A DNA stretch of 64,000 nucleotides from Mobula hypostoma (taxonomy: Eukaryota): NCBI RefSeq assembly GCF_963921235.1, contig NC_086102.1, forward strand, positions 126,232,001 to 126,296,000. The letters run 5' to 3'. The notes beneath the pieces are model-generated. The model was not told where the DNA came from and ran no database searches. It saw only the letters and a program-made list of their open reading frames with translations. Position 1 is the stretch's first letter. Every line of letters begins with the position of its first letter. The position numbers and the translations under genes are program-made. This document shows, one piece after another, positions 39,290 to 51,760 of this stretch.

Positions 39290-39894
39290 TCAGATACGGG
39301 AATATTTGTTATTATCATAAATTTAACATGGAGATACAACAAGCAATCAGAAAGCAACTCATTTATTACAAAGAAGATTGGGCTAACAAAATAAAGAGGT
39401 CTTATGACTATTAAGTATGATCTTTATGAGACAAAATTTGATGCACTATGTACTCTTTTAACCTTATCTAAGAAATGATGCTTCTGCATTAGGCAAAGAA
39501 ATGGCAGAAGTGTATGGTCATGCACTTTGGTAGAAGAAATTAAAGAGTTGACTATTTTCTAATGAAGAGAAAATACAAAAAAACTTAGGTGCAAAGGGAC
39601 TTGTGAGTCCTTGTGCAGGATTCCCTAAAGGTTAATTTCCAGGTTTGAGTTTGTGGGGAGGAAGGTAAATGTAATGTTAGCATTCATTTCGAAAGGACTA
39701 GAATATAAAAGCAAGGATGTCATGTGAGCATTTTTGGGCCCCTTATCTTTGAAATGATGTGCTGAAACTGGAGGGGGTTCAAAGGAGGTTCATGAAAAAG
39801 ATTCCCGGATTGAATGGCTTGTCATAATGAAGAACATTTGATGGTTCTGGGCCTGTATTCACTGGAATTCAGAAAAATTAGGGGTGACCTCGTT

Positions 39895-42285
39895 AAGTCA
39901 AGTCAAGTTTATTGTCATTTCGACCACAAGCTGCTGGTACAGGTTTCCCCTGTCACCCGAAGGTAGAGCGTTCCTATGAAATGGTTTGTAAACCAGAAGG
40001 TCGTAAAGCGAAGAAACAATTACCACTTACTTATATGGGAAAAATTTGTGAGCGTTCACAGACCCAAAAATAACCACCAAATCATGCCAAATAACACATA
40101 AAACCCTACAATAACAGTAACATGTAGTAAAAGCAGGAATGATATGATAAATACACAGCCTGTATAAAGTAGAAATACTTCTCTACAATGATTGCCTGCA
40201 CTGTTCTCCGTAGCGAAAATCTCACACAAGCGTTCTTGGCAAAAGCACGGTGCAAACACTGTTGGCAGAAACACGGCACAAGCACTCTCAGCAAAGACAT
40301 GGCGCAAGCGCTCTCTAGTAACCTTTAAACTATGAAGCTGCCAAATCATACCAAATAACAACTAAAAATACACAGCCAATATAAAGTAGAAATAATGTAT
40401 GTACAGTGTAGTATCACGGGAATTGGGAAGACATCAAGCACACTGATGATCGTGTGTTAGGCTGAGTCGTCCGAGGTTGGGGTGGTACAGTGGCCTGCAC
40501 CTTTCAGGTCGCTGACCGATACCGATCCGCGAAGAATGCAGCGGAGCCGGGACGCACCCAGCACATCTTTAAGAGAAAAGCCGAAATAAACAAGCTAATT
40601 AATTAGGTGCTGCCTGGCACGTAAATATTGGCCCAGATCAGAGGCGACGCAGTCGGCAATCGCCTCTGATCTGGGCCGACATTAGGTTGTTTATTTCGGC
40701 TTTTTTTCTTAAAAGATGTGCTGAGTGCATCCCGGCTACCGCTGCATTCTCTGCAGATCGATATCTGTCTGCAGCCAGTGGGTTGGGGTGGTAGGACACT
40801 GAGGTGTTGTCTGTTTCCATCAGGGCAGGTAGGTCATCTTCTTCTGTGCCTGCCTGCCTCGATGTCGAAGGTCGAGGTTTGTCGTCTGCTGTGGCTGATT
40901 GGAAGGCTTGCTTGACTGCTAGCCTCATGCATTTTTCTATCATACAGTTCTTTGTAAGCACTCAAACCATCTTGCAAATATGCCCTAAAACTATGTACCT
41001 TTTCAAAATTAAAGTTGTACTTTATCATTGCAGCGAAAATTTCACGCAGTTGCTTCACGTTCAGTTCCTGGACGACTTCACTTTCGGTACATTGGCTACT
41101 GCATTCGGTTTTGATTGTTATCCTTTCCTCTTCCAATTGCATCAGCTCTTCATCTATCAGTTCTTGGTCATGGGATGCCAAAACCTCTTCAACATCATCT
41201 TCGTCAACTTCCAGAAGCCAAACTCACTTTGTCCTTACTTCATTCACCACGATCAAAACGTTTAATTATGTCTAGTTTTACGCTAAGTGTAACACCCTTA
41301 CGAGCTCTTTTAGGCTTTTCCAATACCTTAGAACTCATCTTCCAAACGGCTGCTCACAGGCACGTGTTTAAACAATGCTGGCGAGAATGCCGTTCCGAAT
41401 CCGGGGGAGGAGCGGCTGCTCGGGGCACACGCTGCTTTTTTTTGCGCGCTACCTTTTTTCGTAACAGTGAAAACACCTTCTGTTAGCGAAAACAGGGAAC
41501 TAATGTAGGTCTTTCGTAACAGTGAGGTTTCGTAAAGCGAACGTTCGAAAAGCGGGGGCCACCTGTACAGTATACAGTAAAAAGAAAATGTTCCTCCAGG
41601 ACCCTGGTGCTACATGAAACAACACAAAACTACACTAGACTATGTGAGACAGTACAAGGCTACACGACACTACGCAAAACAACATAAAAACTGCACTAGA
41701 CTACAGACCTGCACAGGACTACATAAGGTGCACACAACAGTGCAGGGCAGTACAGTAATTTATAAACAAGACAATAGGCACAGTAGAGGACAAATTACAA
41801 TATAATAATAAATGATATAGATGTCAGTCTAGACTCCTGCGTATTGAGGAGTCTGATGGCTTGGGGGAAGAAACTGTTGCACAGTCTGGTCGTGAAAGCC
41901 CGAATGCTTCGGTACCTTTTGCCAGATGGCAGGAGGGAGAAGAGTTTGTGTGAGGGGTGCGTGGGGTCCTTCACGATACTGTTAGCTTTGCGGGTGCAGA
42001 GTGTGGTGTAAATGTCTGTAATAGCGGGAAGAAAGACCCCGATGGTCTTCTCAGCTGACCTCACTATCCGCTGCAGGTTCTTGCGATCCGAGAAGGTGCA
42101 ATTACCGAACCAGGCAGTGATGCAGCTGCTCAGAATGCTCTCGATACATCCTCTGTAGAATGTGGTGAGGATGGAGGGTGGGAGATGGACTTTTCTCAGC
42201 CTTCACAGAAAGTAGAGATGCTGCTAGGCTTTCTTGACTATGGAGCTGGTGTTAAGGGACCAGGTGAGATTCTCCGCCAGGAGAA
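39895..42285 (-). mobile_element. Rex1/Babar LINE 3' fragment hosting a Tigger element
   Basis: (AAGTC)n tail complement at 39895; ORF 41795-42064 DPTHPSHKLFSLLPSGKRYRS. Confidence 0.85.
39940..41565 (-). mobile_element. Tigger-family non-autonomous transposon
   Basis: TA|CAGGTTTCCCC ... GGGGGCCACCTG|TA; HTH N-terminus MSSKVLEKPKRARKGVTLSVKLDIIKRF joined to C-terminal ELIDEELMQLEEE; catalytic core deleted. Confidence 0.88.
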
Positions 42286-44665
42286 TCTTGTTGAATGGTG
42301 AAAGGCCTTGATACAGTGTATGTGGAGAGGATGTTTCCTATGGTGGGAGAGTCTGAGACCAGAGAGGACACCCTCAGAACAGAGATGAGGAATTTCTTTA
42401 GCCAGAGAGTGGTGAATCTGTGGAATTTTTTGCTACAGGCAGCTGTAGAGGCTAAGGTTTTATATATATTTAAGGCAGAGGTTGATAGATTCTTGACTGG
42501 TCAAGGCATGAAGGGATAAAGGGAGAAGGCAGGAGACTGGGCCTAAGAGGAAAATTGAATTAGCCATGATGAAATGGTGGAGCAGAGTTGATGGGCCAAA
42601 TAGCCCAATTGTGCTCCTATATCTTATGGTCCTGTGGTCTAACACAGATTCACAGGACTACTGCTGTTCATGAAAAGACTTGCCCTCTGAGGTGGGATTG
42701 AGTGGAGAAGGTTTTTCTCTTGGATTCAGAGTTAGTCATAGGATACTGAAACAGGCCCTCTAGCCCACCTGTCATGAACTTCTGTGTCTTAGTGCTTCAA
42801 GTAATTGCTTAAATCCTATTTAAATCTTGTGAGAGTATTTCCTCCTCCACCTTAGTCAACACATATCTGGACTCCAACTATTCTCTGAACGGAAAAATCC
42901 CCTCTTGGATCCTTTCTAAACCTCTTAGCTCTCAAATTAAATGTATACCCCTTTAAACACAAACCATTCCAGGAAAAGCAAACCTTGCCTAGCAGGACTC
43001 TTCAGTATAGGTGTAATGTTCCAATCCAGACAACATCTCCTCTGTGCCCTCCAATACAATCATAGCCTTCCTAGAGTGTTGAACCATGCAATACTCCAAC
43101 TGTGTCCTAACCAAACTTTCCTTTCATATTCTGTGCCACAGCCAATGAAGGCAAGCCCTGGAGAATCAATGAACTTGTATCCAAGTTCCTTCTGTTCATC
43201 AAGACTCTAAAGTCCTGTCATTTCCAGTGTATGCCTTTATCCTTGTGTTGCCTTTTGGAAAGACAAAGCTTACATTGTTCTGGATTAAATTCCATTTGCC
43301 ATTATTCTTTTAAATTTTTAAGTTAATCAATCTTGTGCTACAGTCTTAACTGACCTTCCTCGCTATCTATATCATCAATATAGATCAGTTTCAATTGAGC
43401 ACATTTAAGTCAAAAGCAGTTTTGTTCAATACTAGGAAAATTAATGGGATATGGTTGCAGTGAGAAGGTGGAGCTAAGTTGAAAGATCAGATGTAATCTT
43501 AATTGAATAGTGGAGTAATTTTCAAGAGCCAAATGTGCTTCACCCCATTCATAATTCTTTGACTTGCCATTTAAGAGATAATTATGAATACTAATGCAGA
43601 TCCATTAAGAGCTGCAGCAAACAGATTTATTTTCAGGTTTAGCCAGAGTTGGCTTATTCCAGAATGGCTTTTTGCTTGTTTTGACATAATTATTTCTTGG
43701 TCTTGGAGCAGATGATTGGAAGTGATGTCACTGGAATGGTCAGCCGTAAAACAAGCATTTATCTATCACCATTGGAAAATTGATTGCACAGACTGTTAAT
43801 TTTTAATTGGATTCAGACTTCCATATTTAACGTGATAAATAGTTCCACGCATTTATGGAAGCATTAGCAGAATATTTCGACAGCAAACTGATAAGGTATT
43901 AGATTATAAGGGCACTCGGTCCTCGTTTTTTGTCATTTAGAAATGCATGCATTAAAAAAATGATACTGTGTTCCTCCAAAAAGATATCACAAAAACACAG
44001 GACAGACCAAGACTAAAACTGACAAAACCACATAATTATAACATATAGTTACAACAGAGCAAAGCAATACAGTAATTTGATGAAGAGCCGACCATGGACA
44101 CGGTAAAAAAAAGTCTCAAGTCCCAATAGCCCCATCATCTCACGCAGACAGTAGAGGGGAGGGACTCTCCCTGCCATGAACCTCCAAGCACCACAAACTT
44201 GCCGATGCATTGGAAGCACCCGACCGCAGTCAACTCTGAGTCTGTCTGAAAACTTCGAGCCTCTGACCAGATCCTCTGACACCGAGCACCATCTCTGCAG
44301 AGCGCTTCAACCCTGCCCTGGCCGCCGAGCCACAAGCAAAGCCGAGGACTTGGGGCCTTCCCCTCCAGAGATTCTGGATCACACAGTAGCACCGGCAGCG
44401 AAACAGGCATTTCAGAAGTTTCACCAGATGTTCCTCCCTGCTCTCACGTCTGTCACAAATCAGGATTGTGCACAGCACCCTACTTGACAGATTTGGACAA
44501 TAGCCTAAAAGTTTGGTTAAAGAACTAAGATTTGCAAATTTATCACTGAGAAAATTGAAGAGGAAGATTTAGGGGAGAAAAATTCAAATGCCAGGGCTAA
44601 AGTGAATCAAAGCACATTCCTAATTTTGAATGAAGGAAATTGGATAGAAGGCTAGAAGTCTGGGA

Positions 44666-45537
44666 TTGGGGGCAGATTTTACAATTAGTTAATACTTCCT
44701 CTATTTGTGCTAAACATCCCTAATTCAATTTAAAGTGGTTCATAGAGCACATATGTCCAAAGATAAGTTAGCGCGTTTTTACTCGCATATTAATCCTTTC
44801 TGTGATAGATGTTCGGGGCAGATAGCCTCTTTAACTCATATGTTTTGGTCTTGCCCTACTTTGGAAACTTTTTGGAGAGATATTTTCAATATTATTTCTA
44901 AGGTATTAAATATAGATATCTCTCCTCACCCTATTACTGCTATCTTTGGACTACCTAAAATTTCTAGTAATCTTTCCCCTTCAGCCCGTAGAATGATTGC
45001 ATTTCTTACTTTAATGGCGAAAAGATGTATTTTACAACATTGGAAAGAGCTTAATGCTCCAACTACCTTTTTTTGGTTTTCTCAGACGATTTTATGTTTG
45101 AATTTGGAGAAAATTAGAAGTAACCTTTATGATTCTTCATTTAAATTTGAACAGATTTGGGGACCTTTTATTCGATATTTTCATTTAATGTAATATTTAC
45201 CCTTGTTTTTTTTTCACTGTTTTAATGGAGGTCGGGATTGAGGACGTGATTTTAAGTTTAACTCTGTTTGGTTTCAAGTTAGCCCATTGCTTTGCCTTGC
45301 TTTTAGTTAGTTGCACGGTGGGTTTTTTTTGGGGGTTTTTTTTTTCTTTTTTTCCATTGATATATATAAAATTTAGTATACTATTATGTTATCTTGGTTT
45401 CTTATGCTTAAATTACATTGTAGTATTTTCTTTTTGGTATTGTTATCTTTTGGAATTTTATTATACTTTAACATTGTATTAATGTTTATATGGCTTACCT
45501 TTTTTGTATACTTACTCAATAAAAAGATTTAAAAAAA
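44666..45537 (+). mobile_element. 5'-truncated L1-clade LINE
   Basis: ORF 44735-45193 zf-RVT CDRC..HMFWSC; AATAAA and poly-A; TSD aagtctggga (44656-44665 / 45538-45547). Confidence 0.9.
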
Positions 45538-46930
45538 AAGTCTGGGAATGCCAACCTTTTCGAAGGTTGGGACAGAACAATTCACAATATGGATGTTTGA
45601 AAGAACTAGAATTATAAATAGTACCATTGGTCACCTAAATGTTCTCTGATTTAATATTTGTTTGAACAGGTTCAAAGGAATTGATAATTAAGCTTTAAAT
45701 TACTAACCAAGTTAACTGGAAAAATAAGTTCTGTCCCTAGTTAATTTTTATACTTGCATAATGACATAAATGTTGGAGAAAAGCATGACATAACGGCCTA
45801 CTGATTGCTTACTGATGGAAAACTGCAAATCATTTCCCCAGGCTGCAGTAATACATATAATTTTAAATGTTAGATGATACATAAATTACAGTATTCTTTC
45901 TTTTGATGCTCTGTGTAACAGATTTGAATATTTTCGGGGCTACCTAAAATATTTCACCAAATGAACTAGTAGTCAATGATGATTTAGGCAAAAGTGCCAG
46001 TTCTTCCTCGCATGGAGATTTCACAGCAACAGAAAAATAAATAAGTAGTTAACATTAGGTACATGAGAAATATTAGATATATGGGAATACAAGTCACAGG
46101 TTACATGCAATAAGATGATTAATATTGTTAATGGTTGGGTTTAATTTCATGAATCTTCTCTATCTATTGAGAAAATTGGTTGCACTGTTCTGAATGAGGT
46201 ATTCTGAATAATCATAATTTTTAAAGATATTTTGTACTCAGTATCTTTCAGGAGAAATTGAAATTGTGGAGCCGCTCTTAATCTTTTTTTCTGTTCTTTT
46301 ACACTAATTACTAAGAGGTGTGCAAAAGTACATCTGACCTTTATAATTAGCTTTCCCAGTCACCTCTCTGGGAAACCCTGGCTGACTCTTGGATTGTTTT
46401 CTCAATTTTACTTTCTAATTATTTATTTTGTAATGCCTTGAGTAAATAAATTGTTCCTATACAGCACTTCTATTTTTTACAAGAGAATTGAGGTATTGGG
46501 ACAGATGACCAAAAAGCTTCGTTTTCATAATGAATTCTCTTAGAAGTAGGTAAAGAGAGATTCAGTGACTTAAATCTCAACTTTGAGTCTAAATACAGGT
46601 AATCCCTGCCCTCTTTCAGACTTGGGCTTTTGTGAATGAATTTTCGAAATTCTGTGATTCTTATAATTCCAGATATAAGACAATACTATGGAGTCTAATT
46701 CTTTAAAGAAGGCTGATGTGGTAATGAATAAAATGAAATATTATGCAATCCATCATGAAGATTTGGCAAGGTAGTTTTAACCAATGGCTTGCTTTAGCTT
46801 TGTGTTGTGGAATGTTTTCTGAAGGAAGTTAAATATAGTGGAATGTTTGATAAGGTTGATTTCCTTGTTCAGCTTAAGAGATTTTATTACAACTCTCCAA
46901 TTAAGTTGCCTTGTTTCATTCCTTTTCAAG

Positions 46931-47070
46931 GAAAATCCTGAATGAACTTTCATCTGATACCCCTGCTGTGCCAAGAATTGAAGAGGAAAAATCGGAAGAA
47001 GAGTCTGCTCCGACTGTTACTACAATGACAATGCCAGCACCCATCTATCAAACCAGCAGTGGACAATACA
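46931..47070 (+). CDS. CREB1: CREB1-like exon, KID second half (KILNELSSDTPAVPRIEEEKSEEESAPTVTTMTMPAPIYQTSSGQY)
   Basis: ttttcaag|GAAAATC ... TACA|gtatgt; 140 nt, phase 2-1, joins the previous exon in frame. Confidence 0.96.
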
Positions 47071-48473
47071 GTATGTACACATACAATTTCCAGGCCATAG
47101 AAAAAATTCTATCTCTTTACTCTAACTCATTTTACAGTACTGGGAACTCTCCAGTTACATGCATGGAAATTGTACATCATCAACACGCATTGTAAAAATG
47201 ACTACACTTCGAATGTCTGAAGTTGTCCTGGTATGTCCTGTTTACAAAAAGCAGGACAAATCTAGGCTTCATTCCAGCATATTAGACTCAAGAGCATAAC
47301 TAGAGGAGAGGTGTGCCTTTGACATGAAGGCAGCATCTGATTAAGTATGGCATCAAGGAGCCCTGGTAAAACTTAATTCAATGGGCATTAAGGGGAAAAT
47401 ACTCTGATTATGGTAGTCATGACTAAGGAAGTTAGTTGTGGTTGTCAATCATCCGAGCTCCAGAGCATCACTGTAGGAGTTCTTCAGGACAAATCTTGGG
47501 GTCAGCCATCTCTAGCAGCTTCAACAAGGCATTTCTTGTATAGTAAGTCGGGTGTTTGAATTTAATTGTACAATGTTCATTTTCATTTATAATCCTTTAG
47601 TAAATGAGTCAATTTATACCTGCATATAGCAAAATCCAGAAAGCATTTTGGCATGGGCTAATATACAAAAATAAGCAGTATTCGCATCATAAAAGTACAT
47701 GCTGTTGACCGTTTCCAGCAAGAGAAAATAATCAACTGACATTCAAAGGCATTACCCAAAGGATTTACCTCTGATCAGAAACTCAGCCAGACCAACCACA
47801 TAAATACTGTGGGTATAAGAGCAAGTTAGAGGCTGAATATCTTCCAGTAAGTGACTCATCTCTGACACTTAGAGACCTTTCCCCAATCTGCATTACATGT
47901 CAGAAGATTAATGAAATATTCTCCATTTGTCTAGATGAAAGAAGCTTAACAGTGACCAGACCAAATCTGTCCACTTGATTGGTACACCAGTAACCATTCT
48001 GAACATTCATTCCCTCCACCAACAAAGCATAGTTCCGGCAGCATTTACTACCTGCAGAATGCATGGTCACCACTGCAACAGCTCCCAAACCTGGACAAGG
48101 ATAGCAGTCACATGGAAGCACAATCCAGACTGAGCCACAAGAAATTTTATAGATGGTGGAAATCTTGAGCAATACAAACATTGTATGTGTTGCTCAAGAC
48201 TTTCACCTGCTGTTCCTCCAGTATGTGTGTCACCATCATGACTGATTCTTGTGGGTCAAAAGTCCTGGACTTTTCCTATTCAACACCCCTAAGAGAGAGT
48301 GTTCCTCTGAAGGTCTGCCATAGTTAAAGAAGATCACAATCTGCAGCAAGATCCAGAAGAATACATTTCTTAAATATGCCTGGTGCACTTTGGGACAGTT
48401 TGATTGTAAGAGATACAAATCTTTTAAGTATTTTTACCGAGAATTTCCACTGCAACAAGCTTGTCGATCCAAC

Positions 48474-50573
48474 ACTCACAACATGCTGGAGGAACTCAGC
48501 AGGTCGGGCAGCATCTGTGGAAACGATCAGTCAACGTTTCGGGCCGGAACCCTTCGTCAGGACTGTAGAGGGAAGGGGCAGAGGTCCTATAAAGAAGGTG
48601 GGGGGAGGGTGGGAAGAAGGAGAAGGCTGTTAGGTTCCAGGTGAAAAACCAGTAAGGGGAAAAATAAAGGGGTGGAGGAGGGGAAGCAGGGAGGTGATAG
48701 GCAGGAAAGATGAAGAAGGAATAGAGGAAAACACAATGGGTAGTAGAAGGAGGTGGAACCATGAGGGAGGTGATAGGCAGCTGGGGGAGGGGGCAGAGTG
48801 AAATAGGGATAGGGGAAGGGGGGGAGGGAATTACCGGAAGTTGGAGAATTCTGTGTTCATACCACAGGGCTGGAGACTACCTAGATGGTATATGAGGTGT
48901 TGCTCCTCCAACCTGAGTTTAGCCTCATCGTGGCAGTGGAGGAGGCCATGTATGGACATATCCCAATGGGAATGGGAAGCAGAGTTGAAGTGGGTGGCTA
49001 CTGGGAGATCCTGTCTGTTGTGGTGGACGGAGCGGAGGTGCTCGACAAAGTGGTCCCCCAATCTGCGTCGGGTTTCACCAATGAAGAGGAGGCAGCACCA
49101 GGAGCACCGGATGCAATAGATGACCCCAACAGACTCACAAGTGAAGTGTTGCCTCACCTGGAAGGACTGTTTGGCGCCCTGAATGGTGGCAAGAGAGGAG
49201 GTGTAGGGACAGGTGTAGCACTTACGCTTACAGGGATAAGTGCTGGGTGGGAGATCTGTGGGGAGGAACATGTGGATCAGGGAGTTGTGGGGGGGCCGAT
49301 CCCTGCGGAAAGCGGAGAGGGGTGGAGAGGGAAAGATGTGCGTAGTGGTGGGGTCCTGTTGAAGGTGGCGGAAGTTGCAGAGGATAATGTGCTGGATCCG
49401 GAGGCTGGTGGGGTGGCAGGTGAGGACAAGGGGAACTCTGCCCTGTTGTGGTGGTGGGAGAATGCGGTGAGGGCCGAAGTGTGGGAAATGGAGGAGATGC
49501 AAGTGAGGGCATCATTGGTGACGGCAGAAGGGAAACCACAATCCTTAAAGAAAGAAGACGTTTGAGATGTCGTGGAATGGAAAGCCTCATCCTGGAAGCA
49601 GATGTGGCTGAGACGGAGGAACTGGGAATAGGGAATGGCATTTTTTGCATGTGGTGGGGTGGGAAGAGGTATATTCGAGGTAGTTATGAGAGTCAGTGGG
49701 CTTCAACAGGACCCCACCACTACGCACATCTTTCCCTCTCCACCCCGCTCCGCTTTCCGCAGGGATCGGCCCCCCCACGACTCCCTGATCCACACGTTCC
49801 TCCCCACGGATCTTCCACCCGGCACTTATCCCTGTTAAGTGCTACACCTGTCCCTACACCTCCTCTCTTGCCACCATTCAGGGCGCCAAACAGTCCTTCC
49901 AGGTGAGGCAACACTTCACTTGTGAGTCTGTTGGGGTCATCTATTGCATCCGGTGCTCCTGGTGCGGCCTCCTCTACATTGGTGAAACCCAACGCAGATT
50001 GTGGGACCACTTTGTCAAGCACCTCCGCTCCTTCCACCACAACAGACAGGATCTCCCAGTAGCCACCCACTTCAACTCTGCTTCCCATTCCCATTGGGAT
50101 ATGTCCATACATGGCCTCCTCTACTGCCATGATGAGGCTAAACTCAGGTTGGAGGAGCAACACCTCATATACCGTCTAGGTAGTCTCCAGCTTCCGGTAA
50201 TTCCCTCCCCCTCCCTTCCCCTATCCCTATTTCACTCTGCCCCTCCCCCAGCTGCCTACCACCTCCCTCATGGTTCTGCCTCCTACTACCCATCGTGTTT
50301 TCCCCTATTCCTTCTTCACCTTTCCTGCCTATCACCTCCCTGCTTCCCCTCCCCCACCCCTTTATTTTTCCCCTTACTGGTTTTTCACCTGGAACCTACC
50401 AGCCTTCTCCTTCCCACCCTCCCCCCCCACCTTCTTTATAGGACCTCTGCCCCTTCCCTCTACAGTCCTGATGAAGGGTTCTGGCCCGACATGATGCTGC
50501 CCGACCTGCTGAGTTCCTCCAGCGTGTTATGAGTATTGCTTTGACCCCAGCATCTGCAGAGTATTTTGTGTTT
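48474..50573. mobile_element. Palindromic (inverted-arm) Penelope-like element
   Basis: GIY-YIG ORFs on both strands (48831-49502 -, 49903-50532 +); 49701-50538 is an inverted copy of about 48470-49364; 17-bp TSD with 2 mismatches (48457-48473 / 50574-50590). Confidence 0.92.
48528..48565 (-). ncRNA. Minimal type I hammerhead ribozyme motif in the Penelope pLTR
   Basis: CAGUC-CUGACGA-A-GGGU(UCCG)GCCC-GAAACGUU^GACUG: stem I CAGUC/GACUG, intact core, palindromic ACGU in place of helix III. Confidence 0.75.
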
Positions 50574-51469
50574 AAGCTTTTCAATCCAACTGATCTGACC
50601 TTAGGTGAAGGAGGTAAATGAAAAATGGGAAGAGTGCAGCAGAAGGGAGACCACTAGGATGCAATTTCAAGTCCAAGTTGCTGTAGATACTTAGACTCCA
50701 AAGTTAGAAAGTTTTTGGTTCAGAACTTGAAACATTATGATCACATTCTTTAACTCGAGGGAGTTATCATTCTGAATTGAGTAAGTGGTCTTATTCAATG
50801 AAAGTAAACAAAAGTAATCTTTGATTACTTTCACCACCACCCCCCCATTTTTTTTTTAATTCTTATTTCCAAAAAGTAACAGCAGAGGCATCCATTGTTT
50901 AGGCACATAATTGGATAAGATTATTCTGGAATTTAAGACATTATTGTATTTCATTACAGTTCTCAAAGAATTCTATATTTGGATGAGGCTGACAAGTAGT
51001 TCACACATGGTTATCAAATACATTAGTGCTGTTTAAGAAGGAGTGAATTATTCCCCTGATTGCCTAGCATATATTCTTAATAGTGGAACAGAATTAACAT
51101 CAGTCATTTTGTTGTTTGTGGGAATCTATTGTGTGACAAGAGGCTGCCAGATGCAAAATTATAGGGAAATGCCTGTGTGATGCCTGAATAAAACTGGTTT
51201 GTCCAGGGGTCTTGCCATCACCATTGATCAGATGTAATAACTGCAGTTCTAATAAACAGTTGTTAAGTGTCAAGCACTGTGAATTCTCTAACATTCCAAA
51301 GAACTGTACTCTGGTTCTAATTGAATATTGCACTCTGAACCTTTGCAGGGCATAACTTTTACCTTAAGTATCATACAGTAAACTACAAAGAGTCATGCAG
51401 TACGGAAAGAGGCCTGTTGACTTATTATCTTCATGCTGACCACTCTATGCCTCTTCTTACAAGAAAGAT

Positions 51470-51760
51470 AAAGATTGGGTTTATTTGTCACGTGCTTCGA
51501 GGCATACAGTGAAATGCATTGCTTGCATCCATAAGTAACACAGTCCAAAACGTGCTGGGGGCAGCCCATGTATGTCGCCATATTTCTAGCACCAACACAG
51601 CATGGCCATAACTTATAACCCTAACCCGTATGTCTTTGAAATATGGGTGGAAGCCAGAGCACCTGGAGGAATCAATGATCACAGGTAGAACATACAAACT
51701 CTTTACAGGGTAGCATTAGAATTGAACCCATTTTGCTGATGCTTTATAAAGCATTATGCT
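51470..51760 (-). mobile_element. V-SINE-like element
   Basis: gtctttgaaatatgggtggaagccagagcacctggaggaa core and gaattgaaccc; related piece at about 63325-63470. Confidence 0.65.

Larger units (their letters stand above)
39500..42640 (+). mobile_element. CR1 LINE 3' part split by a Rex1/Babar insertion
   Basis: ..ggggtgacctcgtt (39894) resumes at gaatggtgaaaggcctt (about 42293); RNFFSQRVVNLWN motif; tcttatggtcctgtggtct tail. Confidence 0.82.
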
